Shown here piece after piece: positions 26,995 to 36,354 of a stretch of DNA of 48,956 bases. The notes under the pieces are model-generated. The model saw only the letters and a list, made by a program, of their open reading frames with translations, was not told the DNA's origin and ran no database searches. The DNA comes from Candidatus Enterousia sp. (GTDB taxonomy: Bacteria; Pseudomonadota; Alphaproteobacteria; Rs-D84). The first letter of the stretch is position 1. Each line of letters starts with the position of its first letter. The translations under genes and the position numbers were made by a program. The stretch spans positions 1 through 48,956 of the forward strand of contig JAZRSI010000056.1 in assembly GCA_045651445.1 (NCBI GenBank), in the 5' to 3' direction.

Positions 26995-27079
26995 TTTTGT
27001 CTAAACAGAGTTTTTTTCTTGACTTTTATACACAATATCATATAATCTAAACAGATATAAAAAGATAGTTTAGACAAAA
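26995..27079 (+). promoter_or_regulatory. Promoter (TTGACT-16 nt-TATAAT) bracketed by a perfect 12-bp inverted repeat TTTTGTCTAAAC / GTTTAGACAAAA, upstream of the serine recombinase
   Basis: Hexamers at 27019-27024 and 27041-27046. IR arms at 26995-27006 and 27068-27079. A third TCTAAACAGA half-site lies at 27047. Confidence 0.6.
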
Positions 27080-27088
27080 GGACAAGAA

Positions 27089-27640
27089 ATGAAGTTTTTG
27101 TACGCACGTGTTTCTTCTTTGGGGCAAAACGAAGAACGCCAATTAGTAGATACTGAACAATATGATAGAACATACGTTGACAAGTGTTCCGGCAAAGATG
27201 CAGACCGTCCACAACTGAAAGCCATGATGGACAATTTGCGCACTGGCGACAGTATCACATGTCATTCATTGGACCGCTTGGCAAGAAATACATTTGACCT
27301 GTTGGAATTGGTAAAAAAAATCACTGAATCTGGTTGCTCTGTGGAATTCAAAAAGGAAAATCTGAAATTTGAACCCAATAAAGACAACTGCCTGAACAAC
27401 CTAATGCTGCAAATACTAGGCGCAATCGCTGAATTTGAACGCTCATTAATCAAGACTAGACAGGCCGAAGGAATCGCCATTGCAAAAGCCAAAGGTAAGT
27501 TCAAAGGTGGCAGCAAGAAATTATCCGCCTTTGATGCCGCAGAATTGAAAGAACTGGTGACTAACAAACGCATCAGCATCAAGGAAGCACAAAAGCGCTA
27601 CGGCATCTCCCGCGCATCTGTTTACAACTACATTAAATAA
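27089..27640 (+). CDS. Small serine recombinase (resolvase/invertase family)
   Basis: N-terminal YARVSSLGQN catalytic-serine motif and C-terminal HTH (ISIKEAQKRYGISRASVYNY). 183 aa. Confidence 0.9.
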   Translation: MKFLYARVSSLGQNEERQLVDTEQYDRTYVDKCSGKDADRPQLKAMMDNLRTGDSITCHSLDRLARNTFDLLELVKKITESGCSVEFKKENLKFEPNKDNCLNNLMLQILGAIAEFERSLIKTRQAEGIAIAKAKGKFKGGSKKLSAFDAAELKELVTNKRISIKEAQKRYGISRASVYNYIK

Positions 27641-27667
27641 CATCGGGGGCATGATTTGCCCCCTGTT

Positions 27668-29428
27668 TTATGGTCTCCACATCGGCATCATTGGCCACTG
27701 TCCCATTGCCATCTGCGGAGCTTTCGTTGCGATTATGCGCGCTGCTTCGCTAGAATATCCCATTTTTTCATACTGTTTGATTAGAACCCTTTTTTCTTCG
27801 TCTTCCCGTTTCAAAATCGCCAATCCAGCAGGGTCCGACACCAATTTCAATCCCTTTGGTTGCGTATTGGCATTATTCATTATTTCAGATACAGATTTTT
27901 CACTTTTGCTACTTTTTTGTTTTGCTTTTGGTGCGTTTTCTGGTTGGTCTTGGAACAGAATGTCTATATGTGGAAATGATAGTGTGTTTGCAATTTCTAT
28001 CATTTCTTCACTGGCATTATCGTAATTAATGTTGGTATAAACGCCAAGAGAAATAAAGCGCTTTGAGTGTTTTTGACCAGCAATTGCTTCACATCCAACG
28101 GCACCGGCGCGTGAAACATTTGATGTATAGAACGAGTGTTTCAGCGAATGTACGTCCTGCATAATATCGCCGTCCTTGAACCCCAATGTTTTGAATAGCA
28201 GGTTTAGATTTTCGTTTGCTGTTTGGGTTCTATACCCTGTCTTATTCTTATTTTTTACAATTTTTTCAAACAAGAACGCATCCGGTCCATATTCTTTTTG
28301 TTGTTTTTTTACAAATTCGCAAAAACCTAATAACAATAAAGCATCAGCAATAGGCACCTTGCGTTCAGAACTTTCAGTTTTTAGTTTTTTGAGAGCTTCT
28401 CGTGGGTCATTTTTCTTCAAAAGGTATTTGTCCCTGTGAATCCAGATGTAGTTTTCTTTCAGGTTTATATCACGAATACGCAGGGTATCAATAGCGTTCG
28501 CACGTGCGCCAGTAAACAGCAACAATAAAATTATATAGTAGTAATGCTCAAAGTTGTCGCGTATATTGACCAAGCGTGTGCGTTTCCCTTTGAATTCGTC
28601 ATTTGCTATTATGTCATTTATTGTGCGAAAGTTTCTGTTTTTTAGTTCGTACATCATTGTAAAAAGCTTCTGGAACTTCTTTTCACTGAATCCATCTCGC
28701 ACTGTTGAACTTTTGAAAGCATTCAGATTAATGTCTTCAATTTCTTCAAAGATGGCCGCTTTAGACTTGATAACTTTTTGTCTTCTTGCTTCTGCTATTG
28801 TTTTCTTTAGCACTTTTATTGTCTCCTTTATGGTTTTGGCGGAATATTTTTCGCCTTTGTGTGTGCCTTGTGGGATTTTATAGGCTTCTAACTTCCGAAT
28901 AGCATCGTGTATCATAAGTGGGTCTCGTTCATAGTCTTCCATATAAGGGCTAGCAAAATTATTAATCAGAAGTTCTAATCGCTTTGTGTCGCGGATATAT
29001 TGTGAGCTAGAGTTATGATTTACCCGATTTTTCCAAAAATCTACAATATTGGTTTTGGTGTTTTGTTTCACATTCTTGGTTCCTGCCATGTCGTTTCTCC
29101 TTTCAATGCAGGTTGTGGGGGCACTAACCATCGGCCCTGTTGTTATATAAGAACTGTTCGGAGAAACGTGTTTTGAAAAATAAATAAAAATTTTTTTATT
29201 TTTTTGTGCTGTGCCAATATTGTGCTCTGCATTCAGTATCTGTCTAACTAAATATCGCGCCAAATCGGGGTCACTGGTGTGTAGTGAACGCAGGTATCTT
29301 TTTCCCTTTACCATGCGGCGCAGATAAAAAATTCCATTGCGTACACACAGATTTTTTGCATAAGTGGGGGCCAATTCATTTGATGTAAAATTGGTATCAA
29401 AATCAGATAAAAAAAGAGCTGTCTTCAT
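27668..29428 (-). CDS. Tyrosine recombinase / phage-type integrase (long form, 586 aa)
   Basis: Catalytic-domain pattern (TGARANAIDTLRIRDI ... HSLKHSFYT ... LGVYTNI). Adjacent to the tRNA-Gln target. Confidence 0.8.
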   Translation of the reverse strand: MKTALFLSDFDTNFTSNELAPTYAKNLCVRNGIFYLRRMVKGKRYLRSLHTSDPDLARYLVRQILNAEHNIGTAQKNKKIFIYFSKHVSPNSSYITTGPMVSAPTTCIERRNDMAGTKNVKQNTKTNIVDFWKNRVNHNSSSQYIRDTKRLELLINNFASPYMEDYERDPLMIHDAIRKLEAYKIPQGTHKGEKYSAKTIKETIKVLKKTIAEARRQKVIKSKAAIFEEIEDINLNAFKSSTVRDGFSEKKFQKLFTMMYELKNRNFRTINDIIANDEFKGKRTRLVNIRDNFEHYYYIILLLLFTGARANAIDTLRIRDINLKENYIWIHRDKYLLKKNDPREALKKLKTESSERKVPIADALLLLGFCEFVKKQQKEYGPDAFLFEKIVKNKNKTGYRTQTANENLNLLFKTLGFKDGDIMQDVHSLKHSFYTSNVSRAGAVGCEAIAGQKHSKRFISLGVYTNINYDNASEEMIEIANTLSFPHIDILFQDQPENAPKAKQKSSKSEKSVSEIMNNANTQPKGLKLVSDPAGLAILKREDEEKRVLIKQYEKMGYSSEAARIIATKAPQMAMGQWPMMPMWRP

Positions 29429-29472
29429 TGGTTTTCTGCTAAAAACCTAGAATTCAGCCCCGAACATAAATA

Positions 29473-29491
29473 TGTGGTTGGGGCGCACGGA
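29473..29491. repeat. attR: 19-bp direct repeat TGTGGTTGGGGCGCACGGA within and next to the tRNA-Gln 3' end
   Basis: Identical to 21102-21120. Confidence 0.85.
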
Positions 29492-29548
29492 TTCGAACCA
29501 TGATAAAGAGAACCAAAATCTCTTGTCCTACCATTAGACGACACCCCA
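29475..29548 (-). tRNA. tRNA-Gln (anticodon UUG), CCA encoded
   Basis: Cloverleaf by hand: TGGGGTG/TC/GTCT-AATGGTA-GGAC/A/AGAGA-TTTTGGT-TCTCT/TTAT/CATGG-TTCGAAT-CCGTG/CGCCCCA/A/CCA. Confidence 0.9.
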
Positions 29549-29701
29549 ATTGCGACATTGATTATAATTATTTCTAAAACAAATGCAATAATAAAATTAA
29601 AATTTAATTGATGTATTTATTTTCTTTCATGGGAAATCTTTTTTTTGCTTAAAAAATAATCATATGGGAACAAAATTAAAAAAATGCAGTAATTTCAAGC
29701 G

Positions 29702-29720
29702 TTTTTTTTTTTTTTTTTTT
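29702..29720. repeat. Homopolymeric T19 tract upstream of the 29783 operon
   Basis: Uninterrupted run of 19 T, about 25 nt upstream of an extended -10 (TGATATAAT). Confidence 0.9.
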
Positions 29721-29782
29721 GCTGGGATTTGCGGCGTTTTTCTGATATAATTCACACTGTATATATACAGAGAGAATTTATC

Positions 29783-30727
29783 ATGAAATCATTATTTTTA
29801 TCGGTGCCTATTTTAATGGCGTTTGGAATAACTTCTTCTATGGCAAGTCAGGCCGCGTTGGATGATGCGTTGCGTGCGACTTATACCGCCTGTGTCGGTA
29901 TTGATGACGAATTGGCGGATTTAAAGAAGATGGCGGGCATAACCACGGCGGTTGGTGCGGTTGGTGCCGGTGTTGGTATTGGTGCGACTGTAACGGGTAT
30001 TGTTAAATCGGCCAAGGATAAAAAGGCGGAATCTCTGGAACAAATTTTAAAAGAAATCGAAGAAATGTCGCAACCGTCTGCGCCGTTGACAGACGAACAG
30101 GTTAATGCATTCTTGTTGGATTTCAACAATGCGTATGAAACGGCTTTGTCTGGCAAATCGGAAATTGAATCCGAATTGGAAAAGACCGTAAAACAATCCA
30201 AGAAATTGGGTAATTGGCGTACTGGGTTGATGGCAACAAATACTGCGACGAACGTTGCTGGCGCGATTATGGCTGGCAAGAACAAGGTTGACGCAGATTT
30301 GACTGCCCAGATAGAATCTTGCAAGGCGGCGATTGTGAACTTGCGCAATGCGGTTATGCAGGCGCGTATGAATGGCATTGATGTTACCGAAGCGACCGAA
30401 ATTGCAAACACTTGCGGTGAATATGAATACGTTGACCTATCTAAAATTAATACCAAGGCCAAAGGCGCAATGATATCTTCGACGATTGGTGCGGCGACGG
30501 GTGCGACTGGCACTGCGTTGTCTGCGGCCGCGAATAGTAACAAGGTTCGCGATGATAACACAGACGATGGCAAGAAGAAAGAAAAGTCAATGAATACGGC
30601 ATCTACGGTATTGGCGGGTGTAACTGCGGCGGCGTCTGTATCATCGACCGTGTTTAGTGGTACACAAATCAAAGCAATTAAACAAGTTGCATCAGTTGCA
30701 GAAAAATGTACGGGGGTATTAAAATGA
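29783..30727 (+). CDS. Exported Ala/Gly/Thr-rich hypothetical protein (314 aa)
   Basis: Signal peptide MKSLFLSVPILMAFGITSSMASQA. Gly/Ala-rich hydrophobic stretches. The stop overlaps the next start (ATGA). Confidence 0.65.
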   Translation: MKSLFLSVPILMAFGITSSMASQAALDDALRATYTACVGIDDELADLKKMAGITTAVGAVGAGVGIGATVTGIVKSAKDKKAESLEQILKEIEEMSQPSAPLTDEQVNAFLLDFNNAYETALSGKSEIESELEKTVKQSKKLGNWRTGLMATNTATNVAGAIMAGKNKVDADLTAQIESCKAAIVNLRNAVMQARMNGIDVTEATEIANTCGEYEYVDLSKINTKAKGAMISSTIGAATGATGTALSAAANSNKVRDDNTDDGKKKEKSMNTASTVLAGVTAAASVSSTVFSGTQIKAIKQVASVAEKCTGVLK

Positions 30728-33700
30728 AGAAAATCCTATTCGCATTATTATCATGTATAACGCTGGCATTGCCTGCCAGCGGTGCAAAGCTTACTTTGGA
30801 TAGTGTTATAGTAGAGGCACCTGTTCTTGAATATGCTGCCAAGGCATTCTTTAAGACAGAAGATTCCAGAAAACAGGTTTTGCAAAAATATCGTGATTTG
30901 TTGGGGACTGGCGCAGCAGGTTTAAATGCACAAAATGCATGGGATGTTTGTGCGGCTGGTGTTGATATTAAGTCCGCAGATGGGCGGAAACAATGTACAG
31001 ATTTTATATCTTATGTAACAAAATATAATAACAAATATTATGATGTTTGTGATAATCTAGGTAGTATTCCGGCCCAGTATCGTTCCGGTTCAAGATGCGA
31101 AAAGGATTTCTTTAATTGGACAAATGTTCAAATGTTGTCTGCGGTTGCTTTGGCACAGGAATACGCCAAAATAAAATGGAACGAAGATATTATTTGTTCG
31201 AACGAATACCGCCAAGGTGGTAATGACGACTGGGTACAGTGTCGTTCATTAAAATCAGGCGTGTTTTTTGAGTTCAAGTTCGACGATGTCCGCGAAAGCA
31301 TAGACGAGACAATAAATAAACATATTGCAAGAGCGTTATGTAAAATTTATGGCGGTGATTCGGTGCTTGAGAGTGTTTCTGGAATATCGTGTCAAAAAAT
31401 AGATAGTTCAGTTTGCCTTTCAAAGTTATCGAATTCTGCAAGTAATTTTGGTATAAATGTAAGCTGGGATACAAAATACAATAGATGTGATTTTAAATAT
31501 AGCATTGTAAATGACAAGAAAAACCTAAAAACATCTTGTGGCATTAACAATTTTATGTATTGTCGTGGAATTCAGGTAGATACAACTGTTGGCCTGCAAG
31601 GTATGTTAAAACAGAAGGTTGCAAAAGATTGTAAAATAGACGTTTCTCAGGTTCGTTGTGATAATACGTTTAAGACATATAAAGGTGAAGGGTGCAATGT
31701 TTCAACATTTGCGCCAAAGGATGATATTATATCGTGTTATTATGGTTCGGAACAAATTGACTTCGTTTTTGATGACGTTAATGAATTGAATAAAACATAC
31801 GCCAACGCAGGAAAACAGGGTGTTCTTTGTTTAAATAGCGATGGGTCTTTTGATGGAAAGAATTGTGTTGCTTTGGATAAAGCATCTTGTGATATCATGA
31901 TTTCACAATCTAAGGATACATGTCCAGAATGTAAATCGATATATTGGGATACGGAAAAAAATCTATGTGTTATTCCTGATGCGGTTACTGCCACAAATCT
32001 TGAAAAAGGATTAAAGGTTACGGGAACGATTGTAACAGTCGTTGCAGGTGTGGCACTTGGCGTGGTAACGGGTGGTGCCGCCACAGGTGTTTTGGTTGTT
32101 GTTGGGAATTCTCTTTTAATAGGCGGTGGTGCCGCAGTTATCACTAGTGAGATTGTTATACAATCTACCGTATGGCGTAATTTTGTAGAAAAGGCCCAAA
32201 AGTGCATTGTAGATAAAGATGCAAAGTGCGCAGAAGATTTGGTAACAAACGAACTAAATCGGATGATGAGCTATTCTGAAGAACTAACTGCTGCAGAAGC
32301 TGCTGCATTGGATGATGTTATGTATAAGTTAGTTGATATGATACCGGATGATTCTCCGTTTTGGACAGAATTTTTCGGTAATCCAGAATTCTTTGATTGC
32401 GACCCTAGTGGTGAAAATTGTACAGTAAAGGAATCCGCGCAGTTATGGCAGATAATCGAAGTAGCTGGGAATGTTGCAATGATTGCTGGCGGCTTACTTA
32501 ATATGATTGCGCAATTTAAAACAGCACTCCAGAAAACTTCAGAGCTAATAAAACTCCGTGTTACGCAACATCCAACTGCTAAGACACCACTGGGTCAATT
32601 AAGCTACGTTTCAATGAGTGGCGGAAAAGGACTTGTTGTTGCAAACAAAGAAATCGCAATTCTTGCTAAAGATTTAGGAATGTCCACAATTACCAGTAAT
32701 TCACAATTTGTTAAAGCAATGGGATGGAAAATTGGTCAAGAGCTATGGTTTAATCCTACAACTAAACAGTTCCTTACTTCTGTTGGGGGAGGGTCATTAA
32801 AAGGCCTTATCCCAATGACAATTGGTACAGGTGGTCTTTTGATGGAGATAGGTAGCGATAGTCCATTCTTCTTATCGCGTCCAAAGGCCAAAGACGAAAC
32901 ACCGATTGAGCCGGTAAAACCCGTTGATCCAATTGAGCCAGTTAAACCTGTTGATCCAATTGAGCCGGTAAAACCTGTTGATCCAATTGACCCAGTTAAA
33001 CCTGTTGATCCAATTGAGCCGGTAAAACCTGTTGCGCCTGTTGCTCCGGTTGAACCTGTAACACCAGTTGTTGCGCCAACGGAAACACCTGCGCCGGTAT
33101 CTGTGGCACCAATTGAACCGTTGAAAAATGTCGAACCTGTGAAAACAGAAAAGAAGCGTAATACTGCGGCAATTGCAATTGGGTCTGTGTTAGCGGTTGG
33201 GGCAACTGGTGGTTTGGTCGGCGGTTTGGTCGCCAAGAACAAGCGCGACGAACGCCGTGAAGCAAACAAGTTGACGACTGTTCCTGTGGCAACACCATTT
33301 GTCGGGGCGGGTAACCAATTAACAAATGAAATGAATGCGTTGTTGGGAACTGCCGGCGGTGTGTTGGGATATGTAAACGGAAAAGAATTGAAGTTAATCC
33401 CATTGCCAACAGTTGTTAATACATATTCAACAATTGTGCAAATTAACGTTCGCGCGGTTGTGGTTGTTGATTACAATGGATACAAGTTACCGTACTATGT
33501 TGAACCAACGGCCGGTTCTTGGCGTCCATTGTTGGGAATTGGTCAAATGGGTGGTTGGTTTAATACATATCCATCTGATACGGGAATTACCACAATTGAT
33601 TCTATTACTAATACATTGAATCAAATTTTGGCGCCTGCAAATGTATCAAAGTTTGTCGGCGGTGCGGCGGGGGCATCATTCCCTGTTGCGGCACCTGCGG

Positions 33701-33822
33701 CTTATCAAATAATAAATGCAGAATTCCCAAATGGTGTGGTCCAGACTTATAATGGAACATTCACACCGGCGGACCAAGCGTTATATAATTCAAATTATAA
33801 TAAAATGAAAAACGCATTATAA
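30724..33822 (+). CDS. Very large exported/membrane Cys-rich protein (1032 aa) with two TM-like Gly/Ala/Val segments and a Pro-rich 9-aa repeat
   Basis: Signal peptide [25 protein letters not shown] coupling to the upstream gene. Terminator at 33832. Confidence 0.75.
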   Translation: MKKILFALLSCITLALPASGAKLTLDSVIVEAPVLEYAAKAFFKTEDSRKQVLQKYRDLLGTGAAGLNAQNAWDVCAAGVDIKSADGRKQCTDFISYVTKYNNKYYDVCDNLGSIPAQYRSGSRCEKDFFNWTNVQMLSAVALAQEYAKIKWNEDIICSNEYRQGGNDDWVQCRSLKSGVFFEFKFDDVRESIDETINKHIARALCKIYGGDSVLESVSGISCQKIDSSVCLSKLSNSASNFGINVSWDTKYNRCDFKYSIVNDKKNLKTSCGINNFMYCRGIQVDTTVGLQGMLKQKVAKDCKIDVSQVRCDNTFKTYKGEGCNVSTFAPKDDIISCYYGSEQIDFVFDDVNELNKTYANAGKQGVLCLNSDGSFDGKNCVALDKASCDIMISQSKDTCPECKSIYWDTEKNLCVIPDAVTATNLEKGLKVTGTIVTVVAGVALGVVTGGAATGVLVVVGNSLLIGGGAAVITSEIVIQSTVWRNFVEKAQKCIVDKDAKCAEDLVTNELNRMMSYSEELTAAEAAALDDVMYKLVDMIPDDSPFWTEFFGNPEFFDCDPSGENCTVKESAQLWQIIEVAGNVAMIAGGLLNMIAQFKTALQKTSELIKLRVTQHPTAKTPLGQLSYVSMSGGKGLVVANKEIAILAKDLGMSTITSNSQFVKAMGWKIGQELWFNPTTKQFLTSVGGGSLKGLIPMTIGTGGLLMEIGSDSPFFLSRPKAKDETPIEPVKPVDPIEPVKPVDPIEPVKPVDPIDPVKPVDPIEPVKPVAPVAPVEPVTPVVAPTETPAPVSVAPIEPLKNVEPVKTEKKRNTAAIAIGSVLAVGATGGLVGGLVAKNKRDERREANKLTTVPVATPFVGAGNQLTNEMNALLGTAGGVLGYVNGKELKLIPLPTVVNTYSTIVQINVRAVVVVDYNGYKLPYYVEPTAGSWRPLLGIGQMGGWFNTYPSDTGITTIDSITNTLNQILAPANVSKFVGGAAGASFPVAAPAAYQIINAEFPNGVVQTYNGTFTPADQALYNSNYNKMKNAL
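32902..33033 (+). repeat. In-frame 27-bp tandem repeat (about 5 copies; PIEPVKPVD units)
   Basis: ccgattgagccggtaaaacccgttgat reiterated with synonymous variation. Confidence 0.85.
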
Positions 33823-33831
33823 GTAAAAAAA

Positions 33832-33859
33832 ATCCCCCGAAACATCGGGGGATTTTTTT
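33832..33859 (+). terminator. Rho-independent terminator (ATCCCCCgaaacatcGGGGGAT + T-run)
   Basis: Hairpin plus T-run. Confidence 0.85.
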
Positions 33860-33957
33860 CTTGTATTTTTGTGCTTGCAAAATTTTCATTAAAATATATA
33901 ATGATTTTTGTTTGTAATAAACGTAATACTTTATTCCTAATTATAACGGGGGTACAT

Positions 33958-34398
33958 ATGTCGCGCAAGGAATTTATTTCTTTACTAGAAGATAATATTT
34001 GGATGTTGGACCGTTTGGCGGATAAATTGCGTCTGGATCGTGTTGAAACAACTGGTTATCCACGTCAAATGATGTCAATTTTGGTGCGTTTGCACCAGGG
34101 TGGGCGTGCGCGATTAAAAGATATCGCACGTCGTGAACATGTGTCTGCGCCAAATCTATGTGCCGCGTTTCGTAAATTGGAACAAGATGGTTTGGTTTTG
34201 CGTTCGATTGATGAAAATGATCGTCGTAATACTTGGTATTGCGTATCGGACCGTGGTGCTGCTTTGGCGTTACAGGCAATGGAACTGTTTCGTAATGGTG
34301 TTGAACAAATGTTTTCATCTTTGTCTGCGTCTGATGAACGTCGCCTGTCCGATGCGATGCGTACATTAAATGATATTTTAAAAAATATGGGGTCTTAA
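33958..34398 (+). CDS. MarR-family transcriptional regulator
   Basis: Winged-helix region (LKDIARREHVSAPNLCAAFRKLEQDGLVLRSIDENDRRN). The ATG at 33958 has a GGGGG SD. Confidence 0.85.
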   Translation: MSRKEFISLLEDNIWMLDRLADKLRLDRVETTGYPRQMMSILVRLHQGGRARLKDIARREHVSAPNLCAAFRKLEQDGLVLRSIDENDRRNTWYCVSDRGAALALQAMELFRNGVEQMFSSLSASDERRLSDAMRTLNDILKNMGS

Positions 34399-34400
34399 TA

Positions 34401-35732
34401 ATGTTAGGTATAAAAAAAATATCCGTTGTTTTATCGGCAATGGTGGGTTTGTTTTCATGCAATGCGTTTTGTTTAGATTTGTCTTTGAATGACGCGATTG
34501 AGAAAATTAGTACCCAATCGCACGATTTAAAGAAAGCGGATGCAAACGTAAAACGTGCCGAAGCGTCTTTGGATGCGGCGAATGCCAACCGTTGGTTCAA
34601 GTTGGATGGTTCTGTTTCTTATATGAATATGGTAAATGTTGAAAATCCATCTGAATCCATGGGGGTTGATTTGCCCCCAGAATTGGGTGGTTTGTTATTA
34701 GATACATTGGGCTTGCAACTTGAAAACATCGCAATCCCAGATAATATCTTTATGGCGGGCGTTTCTTTGACACAGCCAATTTATACATTTGGCAAAATAG
34801 GCAACGCGGTAAAAAGTGTAAAGTCTGCGGTCAAGATGTCAAACGCATCGCGTGAAATGACGGCGCGTTCCGTTCGATATGCCGCGGCAGAATTATATTG
34901 GACCGCGAAAATGACGGACGAAATTGTAAAATTATCTGAACAAGACTTAAATAATGCGCGTTCTGCCAAGAAGAAATTAACATCGGCCGGCCGTGCACAT
35001 CGTGCGAATTTATTGAAAATAGAATCAGATATCGCGTCCAAAGAAATAAATGTATCTGATGCGAAATTTAACCGCGACACAGCGCACAGAATGTTAAAGA
35101 TTATGGCGGGAATCGATATAGACGAAGAATTGGTTTTAACCGAAGAATTTCCAACCGAATTTTCTGTAATGGAAACCAAGAAATTGGAAACAACGCCCCA
35201 ATGGGAAATCTTGGGTGAACAGGTTAGTATGTATGAAAACCTATCCCGTTCACAGCGTGCAAATGGATATCCTACTTTGGCGGCGACGGCATCGTATAAC
35301 TATATGTCTATGGGTGATGATATTGGCCATATGTTTGACACCAAGGGCAGTCAGTCTGCCTATTGGGGTGTAGCATTACAGGTGCCGATATTTGCGGGCG
35401 GTGTAAATCGTGCCAATGCCACGGTAGAAGCAATGAACGCCATTGCCGCGCGCGAAGATTTGGCTCAGGCCAAGAAGTTGACAACCGAAGAATATAATAA
35501 TGCGATAAAGTCATATAATCATCTGCGTGGCAATCTTGCGACATTAACCAAGGCGCGCGATTTGGCGGCCAAGACATATGATTTGTCCCAAAATAGATTT
35601 GCCGCGGGACAAACATCTGCGGTTGAACTGGCGGAAGTTTCTGCGGGGTTGTATCAGTTGGACTTAGCATTATTAAATACCAAGTACAAAATTTTAATGT
35701 CTGCAGAAAATGTCAAGAAATTGGGTGAGTAA
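34401..35732 (+). CDS. TolC-family outer-membrane efflux protein
   Basis: Signal peptide and two OEP-type repeats (coiled-coil/beta pattern). Lies in an operon with adaptor and RND pump. Confidence 0.85.
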   Translation: MLGIKKISVVLSAMVGLFSCNAFCLDLSLNDAIEKISTQSHDLKKADANVKRAEASLDAANANRWFKLDGSVSYMNMVNVENPSESMGVDLPPELGGLLLDTLGLQLENIAIPDNIFMAGVSLTQPIYTFGKIGNAVKSVKSAVKMSNASREMTARSVRYAAAELYWTAKMTDEIVKLSEQDLNNARSAKKKLTSAGRAHRANLLKIESDIASKEINVSDAKFNRDTAHRMLKIMAGIDIDEELVLTEEFPTEFSVMETKKLETTPQWEILGEQVSMYENLSRSQRANGYPTLAATASYNYMSMGDDIGHMFDTKGSQSAYWGVALQVPIFAGGVNRANATVEAMNAIAAREDLAQAKKLTTEEYNNAIKSYNHLRGNLATLTKARDLAAKTYDLSQNRFAAGQTSAVELAEVSAGLYQLDLALLNTKYKILMSAENVKKLGE

Positions 35733-35733
35733 A

Positions 35734-36339
35734 ATGAAAAAGATACAAGGAATTCTTAGGGCGAAAAAAATTAAACACATCGCGTTCATTGTATTTGTTG
35801 TTGTGATGTTGGGCTGGGTTGCATTTCGTTTTGCGGTAATTGCATCTGAAAACGCCCGTGTTGTATTTAATACATCACGTTCTGCGTCCGATGTTGGTGC
35901 GCCTGTTGAAACAATGACCGCAGAATTAAAAACCGGTGTTTTATATACGCCTATATCAGTCAAAAATAATCGCGGCTATGTTTCTGCGGGAAATATATCC
36001 AACTTCAAATCTGGGCAAAAGATTGGTAACGGTAAAATAATTTCTGTGTCTAAAAACATCGATTATAACACGGGAATGTATCTTGTGCGCACCAGTGGCG
36101 TAGAAGATGGTGTTGCATATGCAGAATACATTGATAAATGTTTCTTTGTACCGTTATATGCAGTCGAAGACAATACTGTTATGATTTCGTCAAACAACAT
36201 TGCGGAAAAACGTGCCGTAAATATTACACACCAAGATTCTGAAAATGTATGTATAACATCTGGGCTTTCCCAGGGTGATATTATAATATTATCCAACGTT
36301 TCGTCTGGTCAAAAAGTTCAATTCAAGCAACAGTTTTAA
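35734..36339 (+). CDS. Short membrane-anchored periplasmic adaptor (MFP/HlyD-like, 201 aa, no obvious alpha-hairpin)
   Basis: N-terminal TM segment, beta-rich body and the C-terminal motif SGLSQGDIIILSNVSSGQKV typical of adaptor barrel domains. Positioned between the TolC and RND genes. Confidence 0.6.
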   Translation: MKKIQGILRAKKIKHIAFIVFVVVMLGWVAFRFAVIASENARVVFNTSRSASDVGAPVETMTAELKTGVLYTPISVKNNRGYVSAGNISNFKSGQKIGNGKIISVSKNIDYNTGMYLVRTSGVEDGVAYAEYIDKCFFVPLYAVEDNTVMISSNNIAEKRAVNITHQDSENVCITSGLSQGDIIILSNVSSGQKVQFKQQF

Positions 36340-36354
36340 ATAGGGGTATAGTCT

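Larger units (their letters stand above)
21102..29491. mobile_element. 8.4-kb integrative island in the 3' end of tRNA-Gln (integrase, serine recombinase, HUH Rep-like gene, Slam/T11SS lipoprotein operon)
   Basis: Perfect 19-bp direct repeats at both ends. The tyrosine integrase lies directly next to the tRNA. Confidence 0.8.

Noticed and set aside
29881-30672. A 263-aa minus-strand ORF.
   Set aside because: It is antisense to the signal-peptide-bearing, terminator- and coupling-supported gene at 29783-30727. Ala/Gly-rich genes commonly give long antisense ORFs.
32902-33033. Could the tandem repeats here, at 2041-2520 or in the GC-rich elements be CRISPR arrays?
   Set aside because: The repeats are contiguous with no unique spacers, in frame within coding sequence, or palindromic singletons. 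There are no cas genes in the window.
33974-34600. A 208-aa minus-strand ORF overlapping the MarR and TolC genes.
   Set aside because: It is antisense to two family-recognisable genes arranged as an operon.
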